Assembly (NCBI GenBank): GCA_964345035.1
Contig: CAYFPO010000002.1
Span: forward strand, 96,684-160,683
Direction of reading: 5' to 3'
DNA length: 64,000 nucleotides
DNA from: an uncultured bacterium
Lineage (GTDB): Bacteria > Fidelibacterota > Marinisomatia > SCGC-AAA003-L08 > GCA-002704045
The notes under the pieces are model-generated. The model searched no databases. It was not told the origin of the DNA and saw nothing but the letters and a program-made list of their open reading frames with translations. The position numbers were made by a program, and so were the translations under genes. Positions 46,609 to 54,929 of this stretch are shown piece by piece (position 1 is the stretch's first letter; each line of letters starts with the position of its first letter).

Positions 46609-48039
46609 TTGAGTTCCTGGGAACCGGTCATTGGATTGGAAGTCCATGTTCAATTGGGGACAGAAACCAAAATGTTCTGCAATTGTAAATGGGAATATGG
46701 ACAACCACCAAATACCTTAACCTGTCCCGTATGTCTGGGAATGCCGGGGGCTTTACCCATTACAAATGCACAAGCAATCGATTATGCAATTAAAATCGGA
46801 CTCGCATTGAACTGCAGCATTCGGGAACATACAATATTTGCAAGGAAAAATTACTTTTATCCGGATTTACCAAAAGGATATCAAATCTCGCAATTTGAAG
46901 ACCCAATTTGTGAAATTGGGTATTTGCCTATAAATGTGAATGGAAATAGAAAGAAAATTGGAATTACCCGTGCACATATGGAAGAAGATGCGGGAAAATT
47001 AATGCATGGCATTGGTGAGTTTTCCGTTGTAGATCTGAATAGATGTGGAACTCCATTGGTTGAAATTGTAAGTGAACCAGATTTACGAAGCCCTGAGGAA
47101 GCACATACCTATTTAGACAGACTTAAACAAACTCTTCTGTATATTGGCGTATCCGATTGTGATATGGAAAAGGGAAATCTTCGTTGTGATGCAAATATTT
47201 CTATTCGCAAATCTGGAACTGAAAAATTTGGGACTCGTACTGAAATAAAGAATTTGAACTCCTTTCGATTTGTTGAAAGGGCAATCAAGTTTGAAATAAA
47301 TCGCCAGATTAAACTACTTGAAAATGGGGAAATCGTTGAGCAATGTACAATGATGTGGGATGAAAATATAGGTAAAACTTATGTGATACGTACAAAGGAA
47401 GAAGCTCACGATTACAGATATTTTCCAGAGCCTGACCTTCCGCCCCTTGTTATTTCTATGAAAAGAATTGAAAATATACAGAATGAGTTACCTGAATTAC
47501 CGGATGCAAAAGAAACCCGTCTGGTGACAGAATATGGCATTAAACTTAAAGATGCAGAAATCCTCTCAAAATCAGTTGATCACACGGATTATTTTGAAAA
47601 ATTAGCTCAATTAAGTGGACTTCCAGCCCTTGCTTCAAATTGGATACTCAGTGAGGTTTATAGAGTATTGAAAGATGAAAATATTGGAATTATTGATTTT
47701 CCTGTTTCTGCCGAAAGACTTGCAGATTTATTGAAATTAACTGATGAGAAAAATATTACCAATGCAAACGCAAAGGATGTCTTTAATTTCATGGTAAAAG
47801 AACCATTAACGGCACAGGAAATAATTGAAAGAGAAGGATTTGGTATTACTCAGAATACAACAGATTTGGAAGTAACCATTCAGGACATTCTGGATAATCA
47901 CCATCAAGAAGTTGAACGATATCAAAAAGGCGAAAAGAAATTATTAGGCTTTTTTATGGGGTTGGTGATGCGGGAAACCAAAGGATCGGCAGACCCGGGT
48001 GTGGTGAATAATATACTTGGAGTGCTACTCAATAGGTAG
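46609..48039 (+). CDS. gatB: Asp-tRNA(Asn)/Glu-tRNA(Gln) amidotransferase subunit B
   Basis: The translation contains WEPVIGLEVHVQL.T..KMFC and HMEEDAGK, and the length is 476 aa. The start is TTG. Confidence 0.92.
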   Translation: MSSWEPVIGLEVHVQLGTETKMFCNCKWEYGQPPNTLTCPVCLGMPGALPITNAQAIDYAIKIGLALNCSIREHTIFARKNYFYPDLPKGYQISQFEDPICEIGYLPINVNGNRKKIGITRAHMEEDAGKLMHGIGEFSVVDLNRCGTPLVEIVSEPDLRSPEEAHTYLDRLKQTLLYIGVSDCDMEKGNLRCDANISIRKSGTEKFGTRTEIKNLNSFRFVERAIKFEINRQIKLLENGEIVEQCTMMWDENIGKTYVIRTKEEAHDYRYFPEPDLPPLVISMKRIENIQNELPELPDAKETRLVTEYGIKLKDAEILSKSVDHTDYFEKLAQLSGLPALASNWILSEVYRVLKDENIGIIDFPVSAERLADLLKLTDEKNITNANAKDVFNFMVKEPLTAQEIIEREGFGITQNTTDLEVTIQDILDNHHQEVERYQKGEKKLLGFFMGLVMRETKGSADPGVVNNILGVLLNR

Positions 48040-49063
48040 AATTGTTAAAATTGGAGGAGCTGGAATTGCCGGTTTAACAGCAGCGATGCAGTTAAAAAAA
48101 AATGGATATCAACCTATTGTTTTTGAAAAGAAAACAGTTTGTGGTGAAGGAAGATTTGGTGATTATGAAGGATTGGAAACCTGGAATTTTTCACACAATC
48201 CATTGGAGGAAATCAGATCTATTAAACTGCCTGATTCGTTTGTACATACACCGATTTACAAATTCAATATACATATTCCTGATTATCCAATAATCCCCAT
48301 TAATAGTACAGAACCATTTTTTTATATAACCAGTAGAGGCAGTAATTCCGGAGATTTGGATTATGTATTCCAGGAAAATGCGTTACAATCGGGTGTATCT
48401 ATAAATTTTAATTCAACTACTGATTTAAATGAAATGGACATTATTGCCACCGGATCTGGAAAAGCATCTGCATTTATACAGGGAATTACTTTTCAAACAG
48501 ACACAAAGGATCAGATCCATCTTTTTCTGGGAAATCAAATTGCACCCTATGGATATGGATATATTATTATCCTGCAAGGGAAAGGCACATTAGCAGTTGC
48601 ATTTAAGAAGGGAAGAAATAACACTAAAGCATTAGTTGAAAAATTAGTTGGCTATTCTGGAGAAATGTTAAATATCCAATTCCTAAAAGTAAAAAAATTT
48701 GGAAGCTATGGTTCATTTGGGGTCTCACAAAACAAATGTGATAAAAAAAACAGGATATATATTGGTGAAGCCGGAGGATTTCAGGATTATCTGTTTGGAT
48801 TTGGAATTCAATATGCAATAAAGTCGGGGTATTTAGCTGCAAAATCCATCTCAGAATCAATTTCATTTAACAAATTATGGAAAAGAGAGTTAAGGTCTTA
48901 TATGGCTGCTTCTTATTTTAATCGATTGATATTTGAGAAACTGAATGATCCTACTATGTATAAAATTTGTAATTCACTTGCAGCTATGCAGAATCCAGTA
49001 GAAAAAATAAGGAAATTCTGTAAACCGGGAGTTAAAGCAAAATTATTATCCTTCACTGTATAA
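48017..49063 (+). CDS. FAD-dependent oxidoreductase (geranylgeranyl-reductase-like)
   Basis: The N-terminal dinucleotide fold is IGGAGIAGLTAAMQLKKNGY..VFEKK. The TTG start overlaps the gatB end. Confidence 0.65.
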   Translation: MECYSIGRIVKIGGAGIAGLTAAMQLKKNGYQPIVFEKKTVCGEGRFGDYEGLETWNFSHNPLEEIRSIKLPDSFVHTPIYKFNIHIPDYPIIPINSTEPFFYITSRGSNSGDLDYVFQENALQSGVSINFNSTTDLNEMDIIATGSGKASAFIQGITFQTDTKDQIHLFLGNQIAPYGYGYIIILQGKGTLAVAFKKGRNNTKALVEKLVGYSGEMLNIQFLKVKKFGSYGSFGVSQNKCDKKNRIYIGEAGGFQDYLFGFGIQYAIKSGYLAAKSISESISFNKLWKRELRSYMAASYFNRLIFEKLNDPTMYKICNSLAAMQNPVEKIRKFCKPGVKAKLLSFTV

Positions 49064-49096
49064 TCATTCATTAAATTTGCGTAAATTATATAAAGA

Positions 49097-49279
49097 ATGA
49101 TGACAACATTTTATTGGTATTTAATTAAAATGATACAGATTTTAGGATTAATCGCAGTTATATCCGGGTTATATTTCGGCTTCAGAGACAATGACATGGG
49201 GTATGAATTAAAGATGCTGCTTTACGGGTGTTGTTTGTTTTATGGGTCTCATTGGTTAAATAATAAATATTTACAGTAA
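49097..49279 (+). CDS. small membrane protein (60 aa, two predicted TM helices)
   Basis: The call rests on the hydrophobic pattern only. Confidence 0.35.
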   Translation: MMTTFYWYLIKMIQILGLIAVISGLYFGFRDNDMGYELKMLLYGCCLFYGSHWLNNKYLQ

Positions 49280-49305
49280 AATAATAGGGAAATTAAACTA
49301 AAAAT

Positions 49306-49656
49306 ATGAGTGACGTTTGGAGCAAAATGATCAGTGATTTAAATCAATTTGGTGAAAAAGTTGCAAATAAAACTGGTATATATATTCAAAAAGCAGTCAA
49401 TAAAAGCGGTGAATTAACTCAGAAGGGAAAAATCCAGGTTGAAATTGAAAAAACAAAACGTGAGTATAACAGAAAATTAAATGAATTCGGTCAATATATT
49501 TTCGAAGAATCCAGTAAAGGTGTTACAGATTTTACCATGGATACAAAATTTCAATCCATTTCGGAAAATTTACAAAAAATTGAACTCCATTTAAAAAATT
49601 TAGCAGCAGAAAAACAAACAGTTGGCATTAATAAAGCAGATACAGAAAATTTATAA
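49306..49656 (+). CDS. hypothetical coiled-coil protein (116 aa)
   Basis: It is a clean ORF with a K/E-rich heptad-like sequence and no recognised family. Confidence 0.45.
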   Translation: MSDVWSKMISDLNQFGEKVANKTGIYIQKAVNKSGELTQKGKIQVEIEKTKREYNRKLNEFGQYIFEESSKGVTDFTMDTKFQSISENLQKIELHLKNLAAEKQTVGINKADTENL

Positions 49657-49758
49657 ATAATTTTGTGTTGATCATTAGATAAGAAATTACATTGAAATGT
49701 GACCTGTATCATATTAAATTTCACCTATTGATTTGTAAAATCACAGACTGAAATCGCT

Positions 49759-49995
49759 ATGAAAGAACAGATAATTAAATCTTCAAATAAACCTGAGAAG
49801 ATCGTAGTTGTGAACCAGGAGGGGAAAGTCGTAAGAGAAAAAAGTTACCATGATGGCAAATTACATGGTCCTATCAATTTGTACTGGGAAAATGGGAATC
49901 CAAGGTTAACAGGAAAATTTAAGAACAATATTCGAGTAGGTGACTGGACTCATTTTGACCCTGAAGGTAAAATTATTCTCGAAGAAAAATTTTAA
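49759..49995 (+). CDS. MORN-repeat-variant (YwqK-like) small protein
   Basis: The translation ...YHDGKLHGPINLYWENGNPRLTGKFKNNIRVGDWTHFDPEGKI fits the MORN variant repeat pattern. Confidence 0.55.
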   Translation: MKEQIIKSSNKPEKIVVVNQEGKVVREKSYHDGKLHGPINLYWENGNPRLTGKFKNNIRVGDWTHFDPEGKIILEEKF

Positions 49996-50171
49996 GTTTC
50001 CTCATCTAACTGACAAACAATTTCTTTATCCTTAATGGGGAAATTTGTGGATAAAGATGCTTTATTTCTCTGGAAAATATTATGAATACCATTTTCTGGT
50101 ATGGAAGCTTTCGTCTTGCAGTAATTTTCTGTTGTAAATAATTAAATTATAACAAATAGGAAGTCAAATTG

Positions 50172-52286
50172 ATGAAATTTCATACGTACCACCAAAGATC
50201 AAACTCTACAAATAAATTATACGAACAAAACCAATTAATATTCACAATTATTTTTTGTATATTTTTTCTTCCACAAATTCTTGTTGCAATTGACACTTGT
50301 CATGAAGAAACAGGTTGGTGTTTTGAACAATCTACCATACAGGATTTTTATATGTTTGATGATATAAGAATTGATGAGGTAATCGTTGATTACAGTGGGG
50401 TAATTTCTGATGGTGAAGATGGATTTTTATGTCCTGCAAGTGATTGTGATGTAATTGGTGCATTCATAGATAGTGTTTGTGTCGGATGGGTGTATCCATA
50501 CCCCGGCGGCGGTGTGTTCACTGTAATCGTTATGGGAGATGACGGTATCGAAGGTACTGGGGGATATGCAGTTGAAGGTGATATCCCGACTTTTAAAATA
50601 TGGGATGATAATCAGGAAGTGATCATTGATGCAATCCCGAAAAATTATGGTGAACCTTTCACTGATGAAAATGGTAATTGTGTGTGGGACGATGGTGAAG
50701 ATTTTGTAGACTCTAATGGAAATGGCTTTTGGGAAGGACCTTCTCCAATCCCTGGATTTCAACCAAATCATACTCCTTCTGCTGATGAGATTATTGATAT
50801 CCTAAACGCCTATTACGCAACACCAACAGATTGTAACGGGGATGCTGGAGGAACTGCATTTATTGATGATTGCGGTTATTGTGCCGGCGGATTAACTTGC
50901 AATGACGGGAATGATATTAGTGTCTGTGACGGTCCTGACATTGATTGTAATTGTGATTGCAAAGATTACACAAATCCTGAAAACATTGCATTTTTTGACG
51001 ATTGTGGGCAATGTGTCGGCGGTGGGACAGATGAGGATACACCGGTATTAGATTCACCGGGAGGTTGGGAAGGCGACTGTCACTTATATGATGAGCTATC
51101 AGGACAATGCCAGGAAAATTGGGCGCTTGATTGTTATGATGTATGCTTTGGTGGAAATCAGTGGGATGAATTTGAGTACTGCTGTGATCCTGGTGAGATG
51201 ACAACATGGTTTGAAGACAGTGACCACGATCTGCTTGGTAATCCTGATATTCAATTTGAAGTGTGTTATCCTGACAGTGTGTCTGATATCGTAAATAACA
51301 ATTATGATGAGTACCCGGATTGCCAGTCCAATTCAGTTGATGATTGCGGTGTCTGTGATGGATTTAACTCGGATATAGATTGTGCAGATGAGTGTTTCGG
51401 CACTGCAGAAGAAGATTTATGCGGAGTTTGTGATGATGACCCCGGTAATGACAATGTCACCTGTACAGGCTGTACTGATTCAGATGCATTGAATTGTGAA
51501 GATGAAGTTGCAAGCAATTTCTGTGAGAGCTGTGAATCAGGAATCCCATGCTCAGGGTATTATAACCCCGAAGCATTATTTTATGATGGAAGTTGTATCT
51601 ATATTGTGTATCCCGGAGATACAGATGCTAATGGCAGAGTGGATGGATATGATATCATTCCAATTGGTGTTTTCTGGGGAGAATTTGGCTCACCAAGAAC
51701 CGGATATAATTACAGTTGGGAAGATCCTCAATTTGGGTACGATAACTGGTCAAGTAAATGGGCAATGTTCGCTGATGCAAATGGTGATGGAGAAATTAAT
51801 ATTTTTGATGTTCAGCTCGTATTCATAAATTACGGTCTTGAATTAAATTCAGACTCTTATGATATGTCATCTGGGTCATTTTATGATGATTTGGACTTAG
51901 AATTATACAGAGCATCTTTTGAACAAATTTATTATGGACTACCTCCAGACAATTATCAAAACCCAATTAAAGTGCTCCTTGAAGAGATATTTGGATTTGA
52001 GTCCTTGACATATATCCCTATGGATTTCCAATTACATCAGAACAGACCAAATCCGTTTAATCCGGTCACTAGTATAATTTATGAAATACCCACACCATCT
52101 GATATAAATCTTACTATCACAAATTTACTTGGCGAAACTATTATTAATTACTTTAATTCAATTGGTGAACCGGGTGTATATGAATATGAATTGAATGGCA
52201 CAGAATTACCATCCGGAATTTATTTTTATCATCTCACTTCAACAACCGGTATTTCAATATCCAAAAAAATGATGCTTTTAAAGTAA
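50172..52286 (+). CDS. secreted Cys-rich acidic protein with D-x-CG-x-C repeats, a dockerin-like module and a T9SS C-terminal sorting domain
   Basis: It has a signal-anchor and repeated FIDDCGYCAGG / FFDDCGQCVGG / VDDCGVCDG / EDLCGVCDDD motifs. The dockerin-like segment is GDTDANGRVDGYDII...ADANGDGEINIFDVQ (about 51615-51836). The CTD is RPNPFNPVTSIIY...GIYFYHL...MMLLK. Confidence 0.75.
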   Translation: MKFHTYHQRSNSTNKLYEQNQLIFTIIFCIFFLPQILVAIDTCHEETGWCFEQSTIQDFYMFDDIRIDEVIVDYSGVISDGEDGFLCPASDCDVIGAFIDSVCVGWVYPYPGGGVFTVIVMGDDGIEGTGGYAVEGDIPTFKIWDDNQEVIIDAIPKNYGEPFTDENGNCVWDDGEDFVDSNGNGFWEGPSPIPGFQPNHTPSADEIIDILNAYYATPTDCNGDAGGTAFIDDCGYCAGGLTCNDGNDISVCDGPDIDCNCDCKDYTNPENIAFFDDCGQCVGGGTDEDTPVLDSPGGWEGDCHLYDELSGQCQENWALDCYDVCFGGNQWDEFEYCCDPGEMTTWFEDSDHDLLGNPDIQFEVCYPDSVSDIVNNNYDEYPDCQSNSVDDCGVCDGFNSDIDCADECFGTAEEDLCGVCDDDPGNDNVTCTGCTDSDALNCEDEVASNFCESCESGIPCSGYYNPEALFYDGSCIYIVYPGDTDANGRVDGYDIIPIGVFWGEFGSPRTGYNYSWEDPQFGYDNWSSKWAMFADANGDGEINIFDVQLVFINYGLELNSDSYDMSSGSFYDDLDLELYRASFEQIYYGLPPDNYQNPIKVLLEEIFGFESLTYIPMDFQLHQNRPNPFNPVTSIIYEIPTPSDINLTITNLLGETIINYFNSIGEPGVYEYELNGTELPSGIYFYHLTSTTGISISKKMMLLK

Positions 52287-52292
52287 AATCCC

Positions 52293-53093
52293 ATGAGAAT
52301 ATTTCTCATAATAATCACATTTGTATTACTGCTGACAAGCTGTGATACCATACTGAATAGAGATGATGAATTAGGTCCTGAAATAAATTTGATAAAACAA
52401 TATCAGGATGATGAATGGTTATTTTTTACATTGGAAATGCATAATATCAATAATATCAATTCCTTTGCACTTGAGGTTGTGTTTGATTCGGATATTTTTG
52501 ACATTTCAGGAAATCAGGAACTTTATGAGGATAATAATGAAAATGGAATTTTTGATTATGGTGACCAATTTTTAGACTGTGGAACAGATGGTTGCTGTGA
52601 TGGTGATGATTCTTGTGAAGATGACTTGGATGATAATTATGATCCCGGCACCTGTACAGATGAATATGGTGATCAAATTTCATCTCAAGAAGTATGTGAA
52701 TCAGATTCTGTGAATGGAATCTGGACAGAAAATCTGGCTGGCACAGAAGGTAATGGAAATTGGGATGACCTTACAGTGTTATTATATGATGGGTTTAGAC
52801 AATACAATGCGATTATGGAAGCTAGTGGGTATAGTCCGAATTTTAATTTTTTGCATATTTCTGAATACAACAAAATTTCCATTACAGGTGGTTTGGTGGA
52901 TATGGGCGATGGAGGACAAACAGAATTCCTGGAATTGGATAGTCCAATTTGTTTAATAGCTTTTAGAATATTATCTGAAACCCCTACAGAGATTATGATA
53001 GATGAGTGGAAATTAAAAGATGGTGGCGGATATGATCTCTATTATGGATATCAAGTTCACACAGATACTTTGTTAATAGATTTTTCTGATTAA
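52293..53093 (+). CDS. lipoprotein with a cohesin-like beta-sandwich interrupted by an acidic Cys-rich insertion (putative dockerin receptor)
   Basis: The lipobox is LLLTSC. The segments FFTLEMHNINNINSFALEVVFDSDIFDISG and ISITGGLVDM...PICLIAFRILSETPTEIMIDEWKLKD resemble cohesin strand patterns (..V.IPV...V..I....F.l.YD...L....G / ..I.F........dG.la.i.F.v......i.f......D). It starts 6 nt after the preceding gene. Confidence 0.45.
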   Translation: MRIFLIIITFVLLLTSCDTILNRDDELGPEINLIKQYQDDEWLFFTLEMHNINNINSFALEVVFDSDIFDISGNQELYEDNNENGIFDYGDQFLDCGTDGCCDGDDSCEDDLDDNYDPGTCTDEYGDQISSQEVCESDSVNGIWTENLAGTEGNGNWDDLTVLLYDGFRQYNAIMEASGYSPNFNFLHISEYNKISITGGLVDMGDGGQTEFLELDSPICLIAFRILSETPTEIMIDEWKLKDGGGYDLYYGYQVHTDTLLIDFSD

Positions 53094-53173
53094 CAAATTT
53101 TTTCGTTTTTAATCTAAATATAAAACCAACCCCACTTTTTTTCTTTGTCCTCCTATGTATTGCACTCCTAAGT

Positions 53174-53995
53174 GTGAGCTCATCTGCGATATTTGTCAAA
53201 TTATTAACCAATGTATCTGCAGTTACTATAGCATTCTGGAGAATGACAATTGGGAGTCTAATCCTTTGGATTTTTAGTCCCTTTTTCCACACCAGACAAA
53301 TGGATGGTCAAAGCAGGAACAAATCAATACTTGCAGGATGTGTATTGGGTTTCCATTTTGTGTTCTTCTTCCAGGCATTAAAATTTACAAATATTGCAAA
53401 TGCTACCTTATTTGGGACACTAGCCCCCCTGTTTACAATCTTAATAGAATTGTTCATTATTAAGAAATTTTTACATAGGAATGTGTTTATTGGTTTATCC
53501 ATTTGTATCCTCGGGAGTATCCTGTTACAATATAAAAGTCTTCAAATGGGGGGTACCCATACTATGGGAAATTTATTTGCAATTATTTGTTCAGTACTCC
53601 TTGCGATAACATATCTCATCGGTCAAAATGTGAGGTATACAACAAGCACTTTTACCTATGTCAGAACATTATTTACTTCCGCAGCAGTTACATTACTATT
53701 ATTAGTAATTGTATTGAAAAAACCAATTATTAATTTCACAGTAACAGAATATACAATCTTCATTCTATTGGGTATAATTCCCACGATAATTGGACATGGA
53801 ATTTTAACGTACGCACTTAAACATTTTCCAACAACTGTAGTAACATCAGTTCCACTTGGTGAGCCAATTATTGCGTCTGTATTTGGTTGGTTCATCTTTA
53901 ACGAAGGAATAACAAATACTGTTATATTATGTGGGATTTTAATTCTAAGCGGATTATTTTTGATTATTCGAAATAACACGGATTTATTGGATTAA
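53174..53995 (+). CDS. EamA/DMT-family transporter (N-terminus probably extends upstream; see findings)
   Basis: It is a polytopic membrane protein with two EamA-like halves. The listed start is GTG 53174. The same frame is open from 53090 and encodes the missing first-helix residues (KPTPLFFFVLLCIALLS) after ATA 53120. Confidence 0.7.
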   Translation: MSSSAIFVKLLTNVSAVTIAFWRMTIGSLILWIFSPFFHTRQMDGQSRNKSILAGCVLGFHFVFFFQALKFTNIANATLFGTLAPLFTILIELFIIKKFLHRNVFIGLSICILGSILLQYKSLQMGGTHTMGNLFAIICSVLLAITYLIGQNVRYTTSTFTYVRTLFTSAAVTLLLLVIVLKKPIINFTVTEYTIFILLGIIPTIIGHGILTYALKHFPTTVVTSVPLGEPIIASVFGWFIFNEGITNTVILCGILILSGLFLIIRNNTDLLD

Positions 53996-54057
53996 TTCTT
54001 TTGTTTAGGAAGAAATTTCTAATAATTTTGATAACAATTTCATAAAGTAATTATTCC

Positions 54058-54882
54058 TTGAAAAATTTTCAATTAATAGATAATTCAACAACCGGCATAA
54101 ATCATTTCCCGAATATTTTGCAAGCAGTGGCATTGTCACTATTAGTGCTGTTATTGTCATTAATTACAGGTATTTCAATGGAGTATTTCTTTGGGGAATT
54201 CTTAACTGAACCCGGAAAAATGGTTTGGCTAAATTTGCCAGTTTTTGCGTTAGTATTTTGTGTGGGATTAGTGTGGTCAAAAAGGTCTATAAAATATTTT
54301 ATACACCAAAACAGGATTTCTCTTCCAGTAATTTTAATAATTCCAATTACAACATTCGGAATTTTAATTGTTCTTGGTGAGTTATCAAATTGTATGATTT
54401 ACTTTTTTCCAATACCTGAATCTATATATGCAGTCTTTGAAAATCTATTAACCAGTACAAACGGATTGTTTGCAGCTATTTTTGTTGCAGCATTTACAGA
54501 AGAATTATTATTTCGTGGTATGATACTTACAGGGTTGAGCAAATTGTATAGTGAGAAGAAGGCAATAATTATTTCAGCAGTATTATTTGGTGCAATTCAT
54601 ATAATTCCCTGGCAGGTTTTTCCTGCTATTGGTGTAGGAATATTCTTAGGATGGGTATATGTAAAATTTAAATCGATTTGGTTATGTATAGGAATACACG
54701 CATTGAACAATGCAATTGCAGCAATTCCTGTTTACATGAGTGTTGAAATTCCAGGTCTGGTTTATGATGTCCGTGACGGTGTGCAATTTCAACCGCTTTG
54801 GCTCGATGCAGCAGGTGTGATTTTTGTGATCTTTGGTATAATGATACTGAATTCATTATCAAAAAAAACTGTTAGTAAATAA
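54058..54882 (+). CDS. CPBP-family intramembrane glutamic endopeptidase (CAAX protease / bacteriocin-processing type)
   Basis: Motifs FTEELLFRG, FGAIH and HALNN are embedded in TM helices. Confidence 0.85.
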   Translation: MKNFQLIDNSTTGINHFPNILQAVALSLLVLLLSLITGISMEYFFGEFLTEPGKMVWLNLPVFALVFCVGLVWSKRSIKYFIHQNRISLPVILIIPITTFGILIVLGELSNCMIYFFPIPESIYAVFENLLTSTNGLFAAIFVAAFTEELLFRGMILTGLSKLYSEKKAIIISAVLFGAIHIIPWQVFPAIGVGIFLGWVYVKFKSIWLCIGIHALNNAIAAIPVYMSVEIPGLVYDVRDGVQFQPLWLDAAGVIFVIFGIMILNSLSKKTVSK

Positions 54883-54929
54883 TCAATTGATTAACACAAT
54901 TCTAATCAAAAATTACCATTAAGCCTACA

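Noticed and set aside
49996-50168. Inverted repeat CTTTATCC-N17-GGATAAAG (about 50026-50058) as a terminator or riboregulator
   Set aside because: The loop is long and the stem AT-rich, and no clear T-tract follows. The evidence is insufficient to call it.
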